A stretch of DNA of 64,000 bases from Hyphomicrobiaceae bacterium UBA7697 (GTDB taxonomy: Bacteria; Pseudomonadota; Alphaproteobacteria; Rhizobiales; Methyloligellaceae), in NCBI GenBank assembly GCA_002482645.1, contig DLGJ01000015.1, positions 25,015 through 89,014 on the forward strand. The letters run 5' to 3'. The notes beneath the pieces are model-generated. The model was not told where the DNA came from. It saw only the letters and a list, made by a program, of their open reading frames with translations, and made no database searches. Each line of letters opens with the position of its first letter. Position 1 is the stretch's first letter. A program made the translations under genes and the position numbers. Below, piece after piece: positions 10,113-21,212 of this stretch.

Positions 10113-12878
10113 ATGCTTTCCTTCGGCACTCTCGCCACCAAAGTCTTCGGCTCGTCCAACGATCGCAAGCTCAAGAAATACGGGCCGGCGGTCGCGGAGA
10201 TCAACGCTCTCGAGCCGGAAGTTTCCGCGCTGTCGGACGAAGCGCTGCGCGCGCGCACCGACGAATTCCGCAAGCGGCTCGCGGACGGAGAAACGCTGGA
10301 CGATCTCCTGCCCGAAGCGTTCGCCACGGTCCGCGAGGCCGCCAAACGCACGTTGGGCCAGCGCCATTTCGATGTGCAGTTGATCGGCGGCATGGTGCTT
10401 CATGACGGCCGTATCGCCGAAATGAAGACCGGCGAAGGCAAGACCCTTGTCGCCACGCTGCCCGTCTATCTGAATGCCCTGCCCGGCAAAGGCGTTCACG
10501 TGGTCACGGTGAACGATTACCTCGCCAAGCGCGATGCGGCCTGGATGGGTCAGGTCTACGAGTTCTTGGGGCTGACGGTCGGCACGATCGAGCACGAGCT
10601 CAACGACGGAGAGCGCAAGGCGCAATATGCCTGCGACGTCACCTACGGCACGAACAACGAATACGGCTTCGACTATCTCCGCGACAACATGAAATATGTC
10701 GAGAGCGAGATGGTCCAGCGCGGGCACGCTTACGCCATCGTCGACGAAGTGGACTCGATCCTGATCGACGAAGCCCGCACGCCGCTCATCATCTCCGGTC
10801 CGCTCGACGACCGCTCCGATTTCTACAACACGATCGACGTCTTCATTCCGAAGCTGAAGGCCGCGGATTTCGAGCTCGACGAGAAGACGCGTCAGGTGAC
10901 GCTGACCGAGGAAGGCAACGAGCATATCGAACAGCTTCTGATCGAAGCCGGACTGTTGAAAGGCGACTCCCTCTACGACGTCGAGAACGTCAGCGTGGTC
11001 CACCACGTCCAGCAGGCCTTGCGCGCGCACAAGGTCTTCCAGCGCGACCGCGACTACATCGTGAAGAACGGCGAGGTCGTGCTGATCGACGAGTTCACCG
11101 GACGCATGATGTCCGGCCGGCGCTTCTCCGAAGGCCTGCACCAGGCGCTAGAGGCGAAGGAGGGCGTCGACATCCAGCCCGAGAACCAGACCTTCGCGAC
11201 CATCACCTTCCAGAACTATTTCCGGCTTTACGACAAGCTCGGCGGCATGACCGGCACGGCGGCGACGGAAGCCGAGGAGTTCATGGACATTTACGGCCTC
11301 GACGTGATCGAAGTGCCGACCAACAGGCCCATGGCCAGGGCGGACGAGGACGATGAGGTCTACCGCACGGCCAAGGAAAAATACGAGGCCATCATCGAGC
11401 TGATCCGCGATGCGCAGAAGCGCGGCCAACCGATGCTCGTCGGCACGACCTCGATCGAGAAGTCCGAAATCCTTGCCGATCTTCTGACGAAGCGCAAAGT
11501 CCCGCACAACGTGCTGAATGCGCGCTATCACGAGCAGGAGGCCCACATCGTCGCGCAGGCCGGCGTGCCGGGCGCGGTGACGATCGCCACCAACATGGCC
11601 GGCCGCGGCACCGACATCCAGCTCGGCGGCAACCCCGAAATGCGCCTCGATGGCTGGCTTGCCGAACAGCACGAAAAGGGCAAGGAGCCGGCCCCGGACG
11701 AGATCGAGAAAAAGCGCGCCGAGATCGAGGCCGACGTGGCCGAGAAGAAGAAACAGGCGCTCGAAGCGGGCGGCCTCTACGTGATCGGCACCGAACGCCA
11801 CGAAAGCCGCCGCATCGACAATCAGTTGCGCGGCCGCTCCGGCCGTCAGGGCGATCCGGGCGCCTCGCGCTTCTTCCTGTCCCTCGAGGACGATCTGATG
11901 CGCATCTTCGGCTCCGAACGCATGGACGGCATGCTTCAGGCGCTCGGCCTCAAGGAAGGCGAGGCCATCGTTCATTCTTGGATCAACAAGGCTCTGGAGA
12001 AGGCGCAAGGCAAGGTCGAAGCGCGCAACTTCGACATCCGGAAGAACCTGCTGAAGTTCGACAACGTCATGAACGATCAGCGCAAGGCGATCTTCGAGCA
12101 ACGCCGCGAGCTTCTGGCCGACACCGATCTCAACGAGACCATCGCGGAAATGCGCCGTCAGGTCGTGGACGATCTCGTGGCCGAGGCCATTCCGGAGAAG
12201 TCCTATCCGGAGCAATGGAATCTCGATGGCCTAAAGGAAAAGGTCGACGGCATTTTCGACCTCGATCTGCCCATTGCCGATTGGGCGAACGAGGAAGGAA
12301 TTGCAGAGGCGGAAATCCACGAACGGCTGCTCAAGGCGACGGACGAAGCCGCCGCCAAGAAGGCCGGACAATTCGGCGCGCAGACCATGCGCCAGCTCGA
12401 GCGCGCGATCCTTCTTCAAACGCTCGACGGTCTTTGGCGCGAGCATCTCGTGACGCTGGAACATCTGCGCCAGGTTATCGGCCTGCGCGGTTACGGTCAG
12501 CGCGATCCGCTCAACGAATTCAAGAGCGAGAGCTTCACCCTGTTCGAACAGATGCTGGCGCGCCTGCGCGAAGCGGTAACCGGACAGCTGATGCATGCGG
12601 AAATCGCCCGGGAGGCAGACGCGCCGTCCCTCGACGTGGCCGACCTGCCGCCGATGGAAGTCCATCACATCGACCCCAATACCGGAGAAGACGAGTTCGC
12701 GCTCGAGGCCGTCGACATGGGGCCTGCGCAGGGCGGCGCGGCATCCGCGCGCGCGCGCAAGGCCGCTCCGGTGGCGCTCGATCCCGCCGACCCATCGACT
12801 TGGGGCAAAGTTCAGCGCAACGCGCCCTGCCCTTGCGGCTCCGGCAAGAAATACAAGCACTGTCACGGCGCATTTTAA
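10113..12878 (+). CDS. secA: Preprotein translocase subunit SecA
   Basis: [44 protein letters not shown]-terminal [18 protein letters not shown]. Confidence 0.99.
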   Translation: MLSFGTLATKVFGSSNDRKLKKYGPAVAEINALEPEVSALSDEALRARTDEFRKRLADGETLDDLLPEAFATVREAAKRTLGQRHFDVQLIGGMVLHDGRIAEMKTGEGKTLVATLPVYLNALPGKGVHVVTVNDYLAKRDAAWMGQVYEFLGLTVGTIEHELNDGERKAQYACDVTYGTNNEYGFDYLRDNMKYVESEMVQRGHAYAIVDEVDSILIDEARTPLIISGPLDDRSDFYNTIDVFIPKLKAADFELDEKTRQVTLTEEGNEHIEQLLIEAGLLKGDSLYDVENVSVVHHVQQALRAHKVFQRDRDYIVKNGEVVLIDEFTGRMMSGRRFSEGLHQALEAKEGVDIQPENQTFATITFQNYFRLYDKLGGMTGTAATEAEEFMDIYGLDVIEVPTNRPMARADEDDEVYRTAKEKYEAIIELIRDAQKRGQPMLVGTTSIEKSEILADLLTKRKVPHNVLNARYHEQEAHIVAQAGVPGAVTIATNMAGRGTDIQLGGNPEMRLDGWLAEQHEKGKEPAPDEIEKKRAEIEADVAEKKKQALEAGGLYVIGTERHESRRIDNQLRGRSGRQGDPGASRFFLSLEDDLMRIFGSERMDGMLQALGLKEGEAIVHSWINKALEKAQGKVEARNFDIRKNLLKFDNVMNDQRKAIFEQRRELLADTDLNETIAEMRRQVVDDLVAEAIPEKSYPEQWNLDGLKEKVDGIFDLDLPIADWANEEGIAEAEIHERLLKATDEAAAKKAGQFGAQTMRQLERAILLQTLDGLWREHLVTLEHLRQVIGLRGYGQRDPLNEFKSESFTLFEQMLARLREAVTGQLMHAEIAREADAPSLDVADLPPMEVHHIDPNTGEDEFALEAVDMGPAQGGAASARARKAAPVALDPADPSTWGKVQRNAPCPCGSGKKYKHCHGAF

Positions 12879-12953
12879 TGGAGGCCGGAACCGGCCCGCA
12901 TTCCGTGCCTGCAAGACCGAGCGCGGCGAACGCTTGAGGGGAACGCGAACGCC

Positions 12954-14726
12954 ATGACGGTGGATCAAGCGCTCGCCTTCTCCATTGTCATGGGGATGAT
13001 GGCGCTCTTCGTGTGGGGGCGCTTGCGTTACGACCTCGTGGCGCTTCTGTCGTTGCTCGCCGCGATCGCCGCCGGCATCGTTCCGCCCGAAAGAGCCTTT
13101 TCCGGATTCAGCGACGATATCGTCATCATCGTGGCGAGCGCCCTCGTCGTCAGCGCCGCTGTCGGCCGGTCCGGCGTTGTCGAGCGCGTCGTGCGCCTGT
13201 TCGGGCCCCATCTCACCACCGTATACCGGCAGATCGCCGCGCTGGTCGGGTCGGTCACGGTGATGTCGGGCTTCGTCAAGAATATCGGCGCGCTGGCGAT
13301 GCTGATGCCGGTGGCCTTCCAGGTCTCCCGCCGCACGGGCACCTCGCCCTCCTCGCTGCTGATGCCGATGTCGTTCGGCGCGCTTCTTGGCGGCACCGTG
13401 ACGCTGATCGGCACATCGCCCAACATCATCGTCAGCCGCGTGCGCGAGCAGACCGTCGGCCAGCCCTTCGAGATGTTCGACTTCCTCCCCGTGGGCGCCT
13501 CCCTTTCGATCCTCGGCTTCGCCTTCCTGTTGTTCGGCTGGCGCTTGCTGCCGAAAGACCGCAAGGGCACCGTGTCCATGGACGCGGCCTTTACGCTGGA
13601 CGGCTACACGACCGAGGTGTCGGTTCCGAAAGAGTCGCCTGCCACCAATATCACGGTGAAGGCGCTGGAAGATCTGAGCGAAGGCGATGTCGAAGTCATC
13701 ACGCTGATTCGCGGCACGAAACGGCGCTTCGATCCGGCCGGCAACAGCGTCATCAAACCGGACGACGTCTTGATCCTGCGCGGAGAGCCGTCGGCCCTGG
13801 AGCGCGTGGTGGCGCTGGAGAAGCTCACCCTCATTCCCCATGAAAACCTAAAGGACCGGGATACGCCCAGCGACGACATCGGCATCATGGAGGCGGTCGT
13901 CACGCCCGATTCCGAGCTCGTCGGCTATTCCGCCGGCCAGTTGAAGCTGCCGGACCGCCACGGCCTGGACCTCCTGGCCGTGAGCCGCACCGGACGGCGC
14001 ATCGCCAACCGCCTGCGCGCGGTGAAGCTCCGCGCGGGCGACGTGGTCGTTCTCCAGGGCAATTTGACGGCCATGCCGGAGACGCTCGGAGAACTGCACC
14101 TCTTGCCGCTCGCCGAGCGGGATCTGCGGATCGGGCGTAAAGGGAGCCTGGTGCCGCTCGCCGTGCTCGCGGTCGCCATGGGTCTCGTGGCATTCAGCAT
14201 CGTGCCCGTGGCGGTCGCCTTCTTCGGTGCCGCCGTGACGCTGCTGCTGACCCGCTCATTGTCTCTGCGGGAAGCCTACGACGTGGTCGAATGGCCGATC
14301 CTCGTGATGCTGGGCGCGCTCATACCCGTCAGCGATGCCTTGCGCACCACCGGCGGCACGGACCTCATCGCGGGATGGCTGTCGCAGACCGCCACGGCGC
14401 TTCCGGCCTACGGCGCCTTGCTCCTGCTCATGGCCGCGGCCATGGCGGTCACGCCGTTCCTCAACAACGCCGCGACGGTACTCGTCATGGCGCCGATCGC
14501 CGCCGGCTTCGCCGGCAATCTCGGCTACAACCCGGATGCCTTCCTGATGGCCGTTGCCATCGGCGCCGCCTGCGATTTCCTCACGCCCATCGGCCATCAG
14601 TGCAACACGCTGGTGATGGGGCCGGGCGGTTATCGCTTCGGCGACTATTGGCGGCTCGGGCTGCCGCTCTCCGTCCTCGTGCTCCTGGCCGGAACGCCGC
14701 TCATTCTCTATTTCTGGCCGCTGTAG
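12954..14726 (+). CDS. SLC13/DASS-family permease with TrkA-C (RCK_C) domains
   Basis: Multi-TM protein; TLIGTSPNII; two soluble RCK_C segments; FLTPIGHQCNTLVMGPGGYRFGDY. Confidence 0.9.
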   Translation: MTVDQALAFSIVMGMMALFVWGRLRYDLVALLSLLAAIAAGIVPPERAFSGFSDDIVIIVASALVVSAAVGRSGVVERVVRLFGPHLTTVYRQIAALVGSVTVMSGFVKNIGALAMLMPVAFQVSRRTGTSPSSLLMPMSFGALLGGTVTLIGTSPNIIVSRVREQTVGQPFEMFDFLPVGASLSILGFAFLLFGWRLLPKDRKGTVSMDAAFTLDGYTTEVSVPKESPATNITVKALEDLSEGDVEVITLIRGTKRRFDPAGNSVIKPDDVLILRGEPSALERVVALEKLTLIPHENLKDRDTPSDDIGIMEAVVTPDSELVGYSAGQLKLPDRHGLDLLAVSRTGRRIANRLRAVKLRAGDVVVLQGNLTAMPETLGELHLLPLAERDLRIGRKGSLVPLAVLAVAMGLVAFSIVPVAVAFFGAAVTLLLTRSLSLREAYDVVEWPILVMLGALIPVSDALRTTGGTDLIAGWLSQTATALPAYGALLLLMAAAMAVTPFLNNAATVLVMAPIAAGFAGNLGYNPDAFLMAVAIGAACDFLTPIGHQCNTLVMGPGGYRFGDYWRLGLPLSVLVLLAGTPLILYFWPL

Positions 14727-14739
14727 AGCGCGCGTCCGT

Positions 14740-15585
14740 CTATCCGTTCCCTGCGAGCGCATCGGGACATTGGGCTTCGACCGCGCTGCCGATGCTCGCC
14801 GCGTGGCCGCGCTCGAATACGTAGCGCCCGTCGCAGACGCTGACCTTCGGCGGGATCTTGTCGCGCGCGAAGAGATCGTGACCCTTCTTCAGATCCGCCC
14901 AGAAGCCCGCCCATTTGTCGCCGCTGCGCAGCCGCAGGTTCTTCTCGGTCATCCGGAACGGGAAAGCGTGGACGGGGATGCGCGCCTGGCCGTTGTCGAG
15001 CGCCGCGGTGACGAAGGCCCACAACTCGTCGACGACACCGTCGGTCACCGCATAGCAACCGATCGAGGCGCAGCCGCCATGGACCATCAGGAACGATCCG
15101 GTCCGCCCCTTGCCGCGGTCGTAGACATTCGGAAAGCCGAGATTGAAGGACAGATGCATGCGGCTGTTGGGATTGAGCGCGCCCTTGTCGACCGTATAGA
15201 AGCCCTCGGGCGCCTGGCGGTCGCCTTCCTTCAGCTTCGGCCCGAGACGCCCCGACCACATGCAGATGGGATAGGTGGCGAACCGCTCGAAGCGGCCGTC
15301 CTTTTGCACCCAAAGTTCGATCTCCGATTCCAACTTGTAGATGCGCAAATGGATCGGCATGCCGGGCTTCACGCCCGCATCGCGCATGCGCGCAGAGAAA
15401 CGCGCAAGGTCCGGCGTTCCAGGCAACGGCTTGCCTTCGCGGAAATGCGACTGGTGCTGGCGCCGGTCCCAGTTGATCGTCACGCGATCGATCAATTGCC
15501 GCCCTTCGGGCGTGAAGAGGTAATAGGCGCCGCCGGCGAGCGCCACGAACAGAACCAAACCGAATATGAAGCGCATGATCGCCAT
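14740..15585 (-). CDS. Murein L,D-transpeptidase family (YafK/DpaA-like)
   Basis: LRIYKLESEIELW, GPKLKEGDRQAPEGFY, HGGCASIGCYA. Confidence 0.88.
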   Translation of the reverse strand: MAIMRFIFGLVLFVALAGGAYYLFTPEGRQLIDRVTINWDRRQHQSHFREGKPLPGTPDLARFSARMRDAGVKPGMPIHLRIYKLESEIELWVQKDGRFERFATYPICMWSGRLGPKLKEGDRQAPEGFYTVDKGALNPNSRMHLSFNLGFPNVYDRGKGRTGSFLMVHGGCASIGCYAVTDGVVDELWAFVTAALDNGQARIPVHAFPFRMTEKNLRLRSGDKWAGFWADLKKGHDLFARDKIPPKVSVCDGRYVFERGHAASIGSAVEAQCPDALAGNG

Positions 15586-15712
15586 TCCTCGCGCCGGAGC
15601 CGGGCACCTCGCTTCCCCCACACCTGGTCCCTAACTGCGAGCGAAAGACGGCCGCAGAATGGAAGGGCGCACATACGGCCCTGGCGAAGTACCGCGCCGA
15701 ACCGGAATCGCG

Positions 15713-16717
15713 TTACCGGTCCCGCTGCGCGACCTTCTCGGCCGCACCGCGCACTACTTCCTTCCTCGGCTTCGCTTTCAAATCCGGGGTCGCCGGTCCG
15801 AGCGTCATCACGTTGTAGACAGGCGTGGCCTGGCCGAAGTGCAGGTTCATGACGCTGGCCAGCGGTTTGGCCAGGTCCGACTGCGCCACGGCGCGCTTCT
15901 CGGGCCGCGGCTTGAACGCCACCACGGGGAGCTTGCTGTGGCGCGGGCACGACCGCTTGGGATTGGGGTACTGGCCGTCGGGGAAATCGCCATTGACCAC
16001 ATAGCGTCCGCCGCACACCGCAAGCGGCGGCTCGAGACGCGTGGTCTCGAAGTAGTCGTAGCCTTCCTTCAGGTTGACCCAGAACTTGAACCAATGGCTG
16101 CCGGTCTGCTGCGCCAAATTGGCGGTCGTCATGCGGAATGGGAAGGCATGGATCTGGAACTTCTCCTGACCGCCGCCGAAGGCTTCGACGGCCAGCGCGT
16201 AGATCTCCTCGATCCCCGCGTCGGTCATGGCATAGCAGCCGCGCGACTTGCACTCGCCGTGAACCATGAGATTGGAGCCTGTGCGCCCTTCCGCGCGGTC
16301 GAAGGCGTTCGGATAACCGATGTTGAAGGACAAATGATAGTGGCTCTTCGGGTTCAGGCGCTTCGCGTCGACCACGTAGAAGCCTTCCGGCGCCTGGAGA
16401 TCGCCCTGCTTCTGCTTCGGTCCCAATCCGCCTGAAAACTTGCAAATCGGGTAGGTCTTCAGATGATGGTAATGCCCGTCGTCCTTCTTCTTCCAGACTT
16501 CGAGCTCGGCTTCGGATTTGAAGATGCGGATGAGAATGGGCTGCGACGGGGTCATGCCCTTCTCGGCCATCAGAGCACGCGTTTGGGCCGATAACGGCCT
16601 CATATGAGGGGGATAGTAGGAGGCACAGCCCGTCAGCGCGGCCGCGACGGCGACCACGCATGACATCAGAATGGCCGTGACGACCCTCGAACGAAGCATA
16701 CGGCGAGCCCTTTGCAC
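15713..16717 (-). CDS. Murein L,D-transpeptidase family (YafK/DpaA-like), lipoprotein
   Basis: LTGC lipobox; IRIFKSEAELEVW, GPKQKQGDLQAPEGFY, HGECKSRGCYA. Confidence 0.88.
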   Translation of the reverse strand: MQRARRMLRSRVVTAILMSCVVAVAAALTGCASYYPPHMRPLSAQTRALMAEKGMTPSQPILIRIFKSEAELEVWKKKDDGHYHHLKTYPICKFSGGLGPKQKQGDLQAPEGFYVVDAKRLNPKSHYHLSFNIGYPNAFDRAEGRTGSNLMVHGECKSRGCYAMTDAGIEEIYALAVEAFGGGQEKFQIHAFPFRMTTANLAQQTGSHWFKFWVNLKEGYDYFETTRLEPPLAVCGGRYVVNGDFPDGQYPNPKRSCPRHSKLPVVAFKPRPEKRAVAQSDLAKPLASVMNLHFGQATPVYNVMTLGPATPDLKAKPRKEVVRGAAEKVAQRDR

Positions 16718-16739
16718 CCCCGGCCCAGTTCAATTCAAG

Positions 16740-16758
16740 ATGGTTAACGGAGTCTTAG
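16740..16758 (-). promoter_or_regulatory. CtrA-like box with embedded GANTC site
   Basis: Minus strand reads CTAA-GACTCCG-TTAACCAT, ~25 bp upstream of the CDS. Confidence 0.5.
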
Positions 16759-16925
16759 CGCCAGCCCCGCCGGTCCGTTCCCCACGGTCCCGTCTCCCAT
16801 CCGCATTATAGGCTTATCCGGCCCCAGTTGGACGGAAAAATGGCTCAGTTCCGCGAACTGGCAGGCCGGACTCCGCTGCGAGGCGCCGGGCGGCAGATTC
16901 ATGGCCTCGGCCGGCCGCGAGTCCT

Positions 16926-17879
16926 CTAGGATTCGCGTCCCATCGCCAAGAATTTCTCGCGGCGCTCCTTGCGGATCTGATCGGGCGCATAGTCGTCGAA
17001 CCAGGCGATGGCGTTGACGATGACGTCGCCCGCCGCGCGCACGACGCTTTCGGGGTTGCGATGCGCCCCGCCGACGGGCTCCGGAATGATGCCGTCGATA
17101 ATCCCGATAGACTTCAGATCCTGGGCCGTAATCTTCATGTTGGTGGCGGCATCCTGCGCGCGTGCCGAATCCCGCCATAGGATGGACGCGGCCGCCTCGG
17201 GCGAAGCGACCGTATAAATCGAGTGCTCCAGCATGAAGATGCGGTTGGCGGTGGCCAGCGCCACGGCGCCGCCCGAGCCGCCCTCGCCGATGATCACCGA
17301 AATGATGGGGACGCCCAGCCGCATACAGCACTCCGTACTGCGGGCGATCGCTTCGGCTTGGCCGCGTTCCTCCGCGCCAATACCGGGATAGGCGCCCGCC
17401 GTATCGACGAGACTGACGACCGGAACCGAGAACCGGTCGGCCATCTCCATCAGGCGCACGGCCTTGCGATACCCTTCCGGGCGGGCCATGCCGAAATTGT
17501 GCTTGATCCGGCCCTCGGTGTCGGAGCCTTTCTCGTGGCCGATCACCATCACCGACCGGCCCGCCAGACGCCCGAGCCCCCCGATAATGGCCTCGTCTTC
17601 CGCGAAGTAACGGTCGCCGGCGAGCGGCGTGAAGTCGCGGACCAGCTCGCGGATGTAATCCTTGAAGTGGGGCCGGTCCGGATGGCGCGCGACCTGGGTC
17701 TTCTGCCAGGGCGTGAGCGACGCATACGTCTCTTCGAGCGCTTCGCGCGCCCTGCTCTCGAGCCGTTTCAACTCATCGCTGATCGGAACGGACGCATCGT
17801 CCGCGTCGAGTGCCCTGAGCTCGGCGACCTTGCTCTCGAGCTCGGCGATCGGTTTTTCGAAATCCAGATATGTGCGCAT
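16926..17879 (-). CDS. accA: Acetyl-CoA carboxylase carboxyltransferase subunit alpha
   Basis: [43 protein letters not shown]. Confidence 0.98.
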   Translation of the reverse strand: MRTYLDFEKPIAELESKVAELRALDADDASVPISDELKRLESRAREALEETYASLTPWQKTQVARHPDRPHFKDYIRELVRDFTPLAGDRYFAEDEAIIGGLGRLAGRSVMVIGHEKGSDTEGRIKHNFGMARPEGYRKAVRLMEMADRFSVPVVSLVDTAGAYPGIGAEERGQAEAIARSTECCMRLGVPIISVIIGEGGSGGAVALATANRIFMLEHSIYTVASPEAAASILWRDSARAQDAATNMKITAQDLKSIGIIDGIIPEPVGGAHRNPESVVRAAGDVIVNAIAWFDDYAPDQIRKERREKFLAMGRES

Positions 17880-18049
17880 ACGGCTCGACTAAACCCACTG
17901 GAAAGCCGGGACATCCCCACCACGGGCCATCCTTGCGGAAAAAGCCGGACATCCATACGACAAAAGAAAAAACACAGAAAATCCGCCTCTAAGTGGCCTT
18001 GCCAAACCGGCCTGTCAACCGGAGCCCGTCGCGGCTCGGCATGTCGAAC

Positions 18050-19021
18050 CTAGCGCGGCTTCGTTAATTGGGCTTTAGCCAGCGGGTGATGCTCCTCCAC
18101 GAGCCGCCGCAGCCGCTCCTCGATGACATGGGTGTAGATCTGTGTCGTGGAAATGTCCGCATGTCCGAGCAATTGCTGGACGGTGCGCAAATCCGCGCCC
18201 CGCTCGAGCAGATGGCTGGCGAAGGCGTGGCGGAGAACATGGGGCGACACCCGCGCTGGGTCGAGGCCGGCGGCCAGCGCCAGCGCCTTGAGCTCCTGGC
18301 CGAAACGCTGACGGGTCATGTGCTGGCCGCCGTCGCCGGTCGGGAACAGATACGGCGAGCCCTTGAGCGCCGGTTCCTGCGCCAGCACCGCCAGATAGGC
18401 CGACAGCGCCGTCCTTGCGGCATTGTTGAGCGGCACGAGCCGCTCGCGGCCGCCCTTGCCCTTGACGGTCAGAACCCGGTCGTCCACCGCCAGGACATTG
18501 CGGGGGAGCGCCACCAGCTCGGACACGCGCAAACCCGAGGCATAGAGCGTCTCCAGGAGCGCGTTGAGCCGGTGGGCGCGCCGGCGCGCGGTCCCTTCCA
18601 AGGAGGTTGAGCAGGCCTCCTTGGCGGCGCCGATCAGGGCCTCGACTTCGGCCAAGGACAGGATTTTCGGCAAGGGCCGGCCGCGTTTGGGACTGTCGAT
18701 GGCGGAGGTCGGGTCGTCCTTTCGTACGCCTTCGGCCAGCAAGAACCGGAAAAACTGGCGGATGGCGGACAATTTCCGGGCACGAGACGTCGGCGCGAGC
18801 CCGTTGGCCGAAAGGGTCTCCAGATAGGCGCGCACGTCGTCCGCCGAGGCCTCCGGAGCAGTGGCCTTTCTCTTGGCCAAAAACGCGAGAAAATCGGCGA
18901 TATCGCGCGCATAGGCCGCGACCGTATGGGCTGCCGCGCCACGCTCGGCCATGAGCATGTCGAGAAACAGCGCCAATTCGGACGGCGGCGGCGGTATCGG
19001 AACGGCTTTCTGACGGGCCAC
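18050..19021 (-). CDS. xerD: Tyrosine recombinase XerD
   Basis: LYASGLRVSEL, KGKGGRERLVP, SPHVLRHAFASHLL..GADLRTVQQLLGHADISTTQIYTH; conserved accA-xerD-aroK context. Confidence 0.93.
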   Translation of the reverse strand: MARQKAVPIPPPPSELALFLDMLMAERGAAAHTVAAYARDIADFLAFLAKRKATAPEASADDVRAYLETLSANGLAPTSRARKLSAIRQFFRFLLAEGVRKDDPTSAIDSPKRGRPLPKILSLAEVEALIGAAKEACSTSLEGTARRRAHRLNALLETLYASGLRVSELVALPRNVLAVDDRVLTVKGKGGRERLVPLNNAARTALSAYLAVLAQEPALKGSPYLFPTGDGGQHMTRQRFGQELKALALAAGLDPARVSPHVLRHAFASHLLERGADLRTVQQLLGHADISTTQIYTHVIEERLRRLVEEHHPLAKAQLTKPR

Positions 19022-19077
19022 GGTCTGTCTATCCCCGTGCCACGGCGCGGGAGGCCCCGGTGCGCGGAGCGGCCGGC

Positions 19078-19293
19078 CTATTGAGCCCGATGGCTCGGAG
19101 GCAAGGCGAGGGACGGCTCCTGGGCGGTCTCCGCCGTGGGCGCGACAGCCTGCGGCTCGGCCTTGAGATGACGCAAAGCCTTGGAGATTTCCTTTGGTTC
19201 TGGCTGAAAATGTTCAGCAAGCACATAAAGGCTTCCCGCGACGACACCCGCAATCGCCCCTAAAACAGCGAGGAACCGAAACAATGTTGGCAT
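19078..19293 (-). CDS. Small membrane-anchored hypothetical protein (typical xerD-aroK neighbour)
   Basis: MPTLFRFLAVLGAIAGVVAGSLYVLA TM helix, then QPEPKEI. Confidence 0.7.
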   Translation of the reverse strand: MPTLFRFLAVLGAIAGVVAGSLYVLAEHFQPEPKEISKALRHLKAEPQAVAPTAETAQEPSLALPPSHRAQ

Positions 19294-19443
19294 CGAGGCG
19301 CCCGTGTCCCTAATTATCGACCAATCTCGAACAGGGCCGCATTATGACTCAAAACGCCACAGCGCCTTAACCCCTCGCCGATCGCATCATGGACGATTCG
19401 ACGGCACCCTGTCAGCATGCTCCCTTTTTAACCTCTTCCCGCG

Positions 19444-20040
19444 ATGACTCAACGTATTGCCGAACACAACAAGGACCGCGACCGGCAACTGGCGGAAATC
19501 CGTAAGTCACTCGGCAGCAATTCGATCGTCCTGATCGGGCTCATGGGCGCGGGCAAGACCGCCGTTGGGCGGCGGCTGGCGGCGTGCCTCGATCTGCCCT
19601 TCACGGACGCCGATTGCGAAATCGAGGCGGCCGCGGGTCAGAGCATCAAGGAGATCTTCGCCGAGCACGGCGAAGCCTATTTCCGGACCGGCGAGCGAAA
19701 GGTCATCGCCCGGCTCTTGGAGAACGGACCGCAAGTCCTGGCCACCGGAGGCGGCGCCTATATGGATCCCGACACCCGCGAAGCCATCAAGGCACACGGA
19801 ACTTCGATCTGGCTCAAAGCCAATTTGCGCGTGCTCATGAAACGTGTTGGACGCCGCGACACCCGGCCCTTGCTTCAGGTGGACAACCCCGAGACGGTCA
19901 TGAAGAAACTGATAGCCGAGCGCAATCCCATTTACGCGCGGGCGGACATCACCGTGGAGAGCCGCGAGGTGCCGCACGACGTCATGGTGAGCAATATCGT
20001 CGACGCGCTGTCGGCCCAACTGGCCGGCGGCGACGCATAG
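19444..20040 (+). CDS. aroK: Shikimate kinase
   Basis: IVLIGLMGAGKT, DADCEIE, GEAYFR, LATGGG, RPLL. Confidence 0.96.
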   Translation: MTQRIAEHNKDRDRQLAEIRKSLGSNSIVLIGLMGAGKTAVGRRLAACLDLPFTDADCEIEAAAGQSIKEIFAEHGEAYFRTGERKVIARLLENGPQVLATGGGAYMDPDTREAIKAHGTSIWLKANLRVLMKRVGRRDTRPLLQVDNPETVMKKLIAERNPIYARADITVESREVPHDVMVSNIVDALSAQLAGGDA

Positions 20041-20057
20041 CGAGAAGCAGGTAGACC

Positions 20058-21212
20058 GTGGAGCAGACACAGACAGGAACCGGCCCCGCAGGCGGAACCG
20101 AAACGCAAATCGACGTGGCGCTTGCCGCCCGCGGCTATCCGGTCGTTATCGGCGAGAATCTCATCGCCGGCGCCGGACCGCGCTTGAAGGCGGCGCTGCC
20201 GGGTGCGCGCTTCGCGGTGGTCAGCGATGCCAACGTGGCGGCGCTGCACTTGACTCCGCTCAAGACCAGTCTCGAAGCCGAAGGCATCTTCCTCGGCTCC
20301 GCCGTGGTCGCGCCGGGAGAAGCGAGCAAGAGTTTTCCGGTTCTCGCCAGACTGAGCGAGACGCTTTTGGAGCTCGGCGTGGAACGCGGCGATTGCGTGA
20401 TCGCCTTCGGCGGTGGCGTGGTGGGCGACCTCGCGGGCTTTGCGGCCTCGATCTTGCGGCGCGGCGTTCGCGTGGTGCAAATACCGACGACGCTTCTGGC
20501 GCAGGTCGACTCGGCCATCGGCGGCAAGACCGGCATCGACACGAAACAGGGCAAGAACCTGATCGGCACGTTCCACCAGCCGAGCCTCGTCCTCTCCGAC
20601 ATTTCCGTATTGTCGACCTTGAGCGACCGGGAATTCCGCGCCGGCTACGCGGAGGTCGCCAAATACGGCCTCCTGGGAGATGAGCCCTTCTTTGCCTGGC
20701 TCGAACGGAGCTGGCCCGAAATCCTCGCGGGCGACACCGGCAAACGCCGGCACGCGGTGGAGACGAGCGCCAGCGCCAAGGCCAGGATCGTCATGGAGGA
20801 CGAACTCGAACTCTCCGGCACCCGTGCCCTGCTCAATCTCGGCCATACGTTCGGTCATGCCCTGGAGGCCTTCGCAGGCTATTCCGACCGCCTGCTGCAT
20901 GGCGAGGCCATTTCCATCGGCATGCGGCAAGCGTTCACCTATTCCGTCGAGCGCGGCCTCTGTTCGCCGGCCGATGCGGATCGCGCCGAAGCTCATTTCC
21001 AATCGGTGGGGCTGCCCACCGGGATCGGCGCGATTCCCGGCGACAAACCGACGCCCGGAGAAATTCTGCGCCTGATGGCCCAAGACAAGAAAGTCAAAGG
21101 CGGCAAGATGGTCCTGGTGCTGGCGCGCGGGATCGGAGAGGCGTTCGTCGAGAACGGCGTCTCCATGGACCAATTGACCGACTTCCTGCAACGGGAGTGC
21201 GCACGGCAATGA
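20058..21212 (+). CDS. aroB: 3-dehydroquinate synthase
   Basis: GGGVVGDLAGF, PTTLLAQVDSAIGGKTG, LNLGHTFGHALE, LLHGEA. Confidence 0.97.
   Translation: MEQTQTGTGPAGGTETQIDVALAARGYPVVIGENLIAGAGPRLKAALPGARFAVVSDANVAALHLTPLKTSLEAEGIFLGSAVVAPGEASKSFPVLARLSETLLELGVERGDCVIAFGGGVVGDLAGFAASILRRGVRVVQIPTTLLAQVDSAIGGKTGIDTKQGKNLIGTFHQPSLVLSDISVLSTLSDREFRAGYAEVAKYGLLGDEPFFAWLERSWPEILAGDTGKRRHAVETSASAKARIVMEDELELSGTRALLNLGHTFGHALEAFAGYSDRLLHGEAISIGMRQAFTYSVERGLCSPADADRAEAHFQSVGLPTGIGAIPGDKPTPGEILRLMAQDKKVKGGKMVLVLARGIGEAFVENGVSMDQLTDFLQRECARQ

Noticed and set aside
18050-19021. Phage or island integrase
   Set aside because: Sequence and accA/aroK context fit housekeeping XerD, and it lies ~19 kb from the island.
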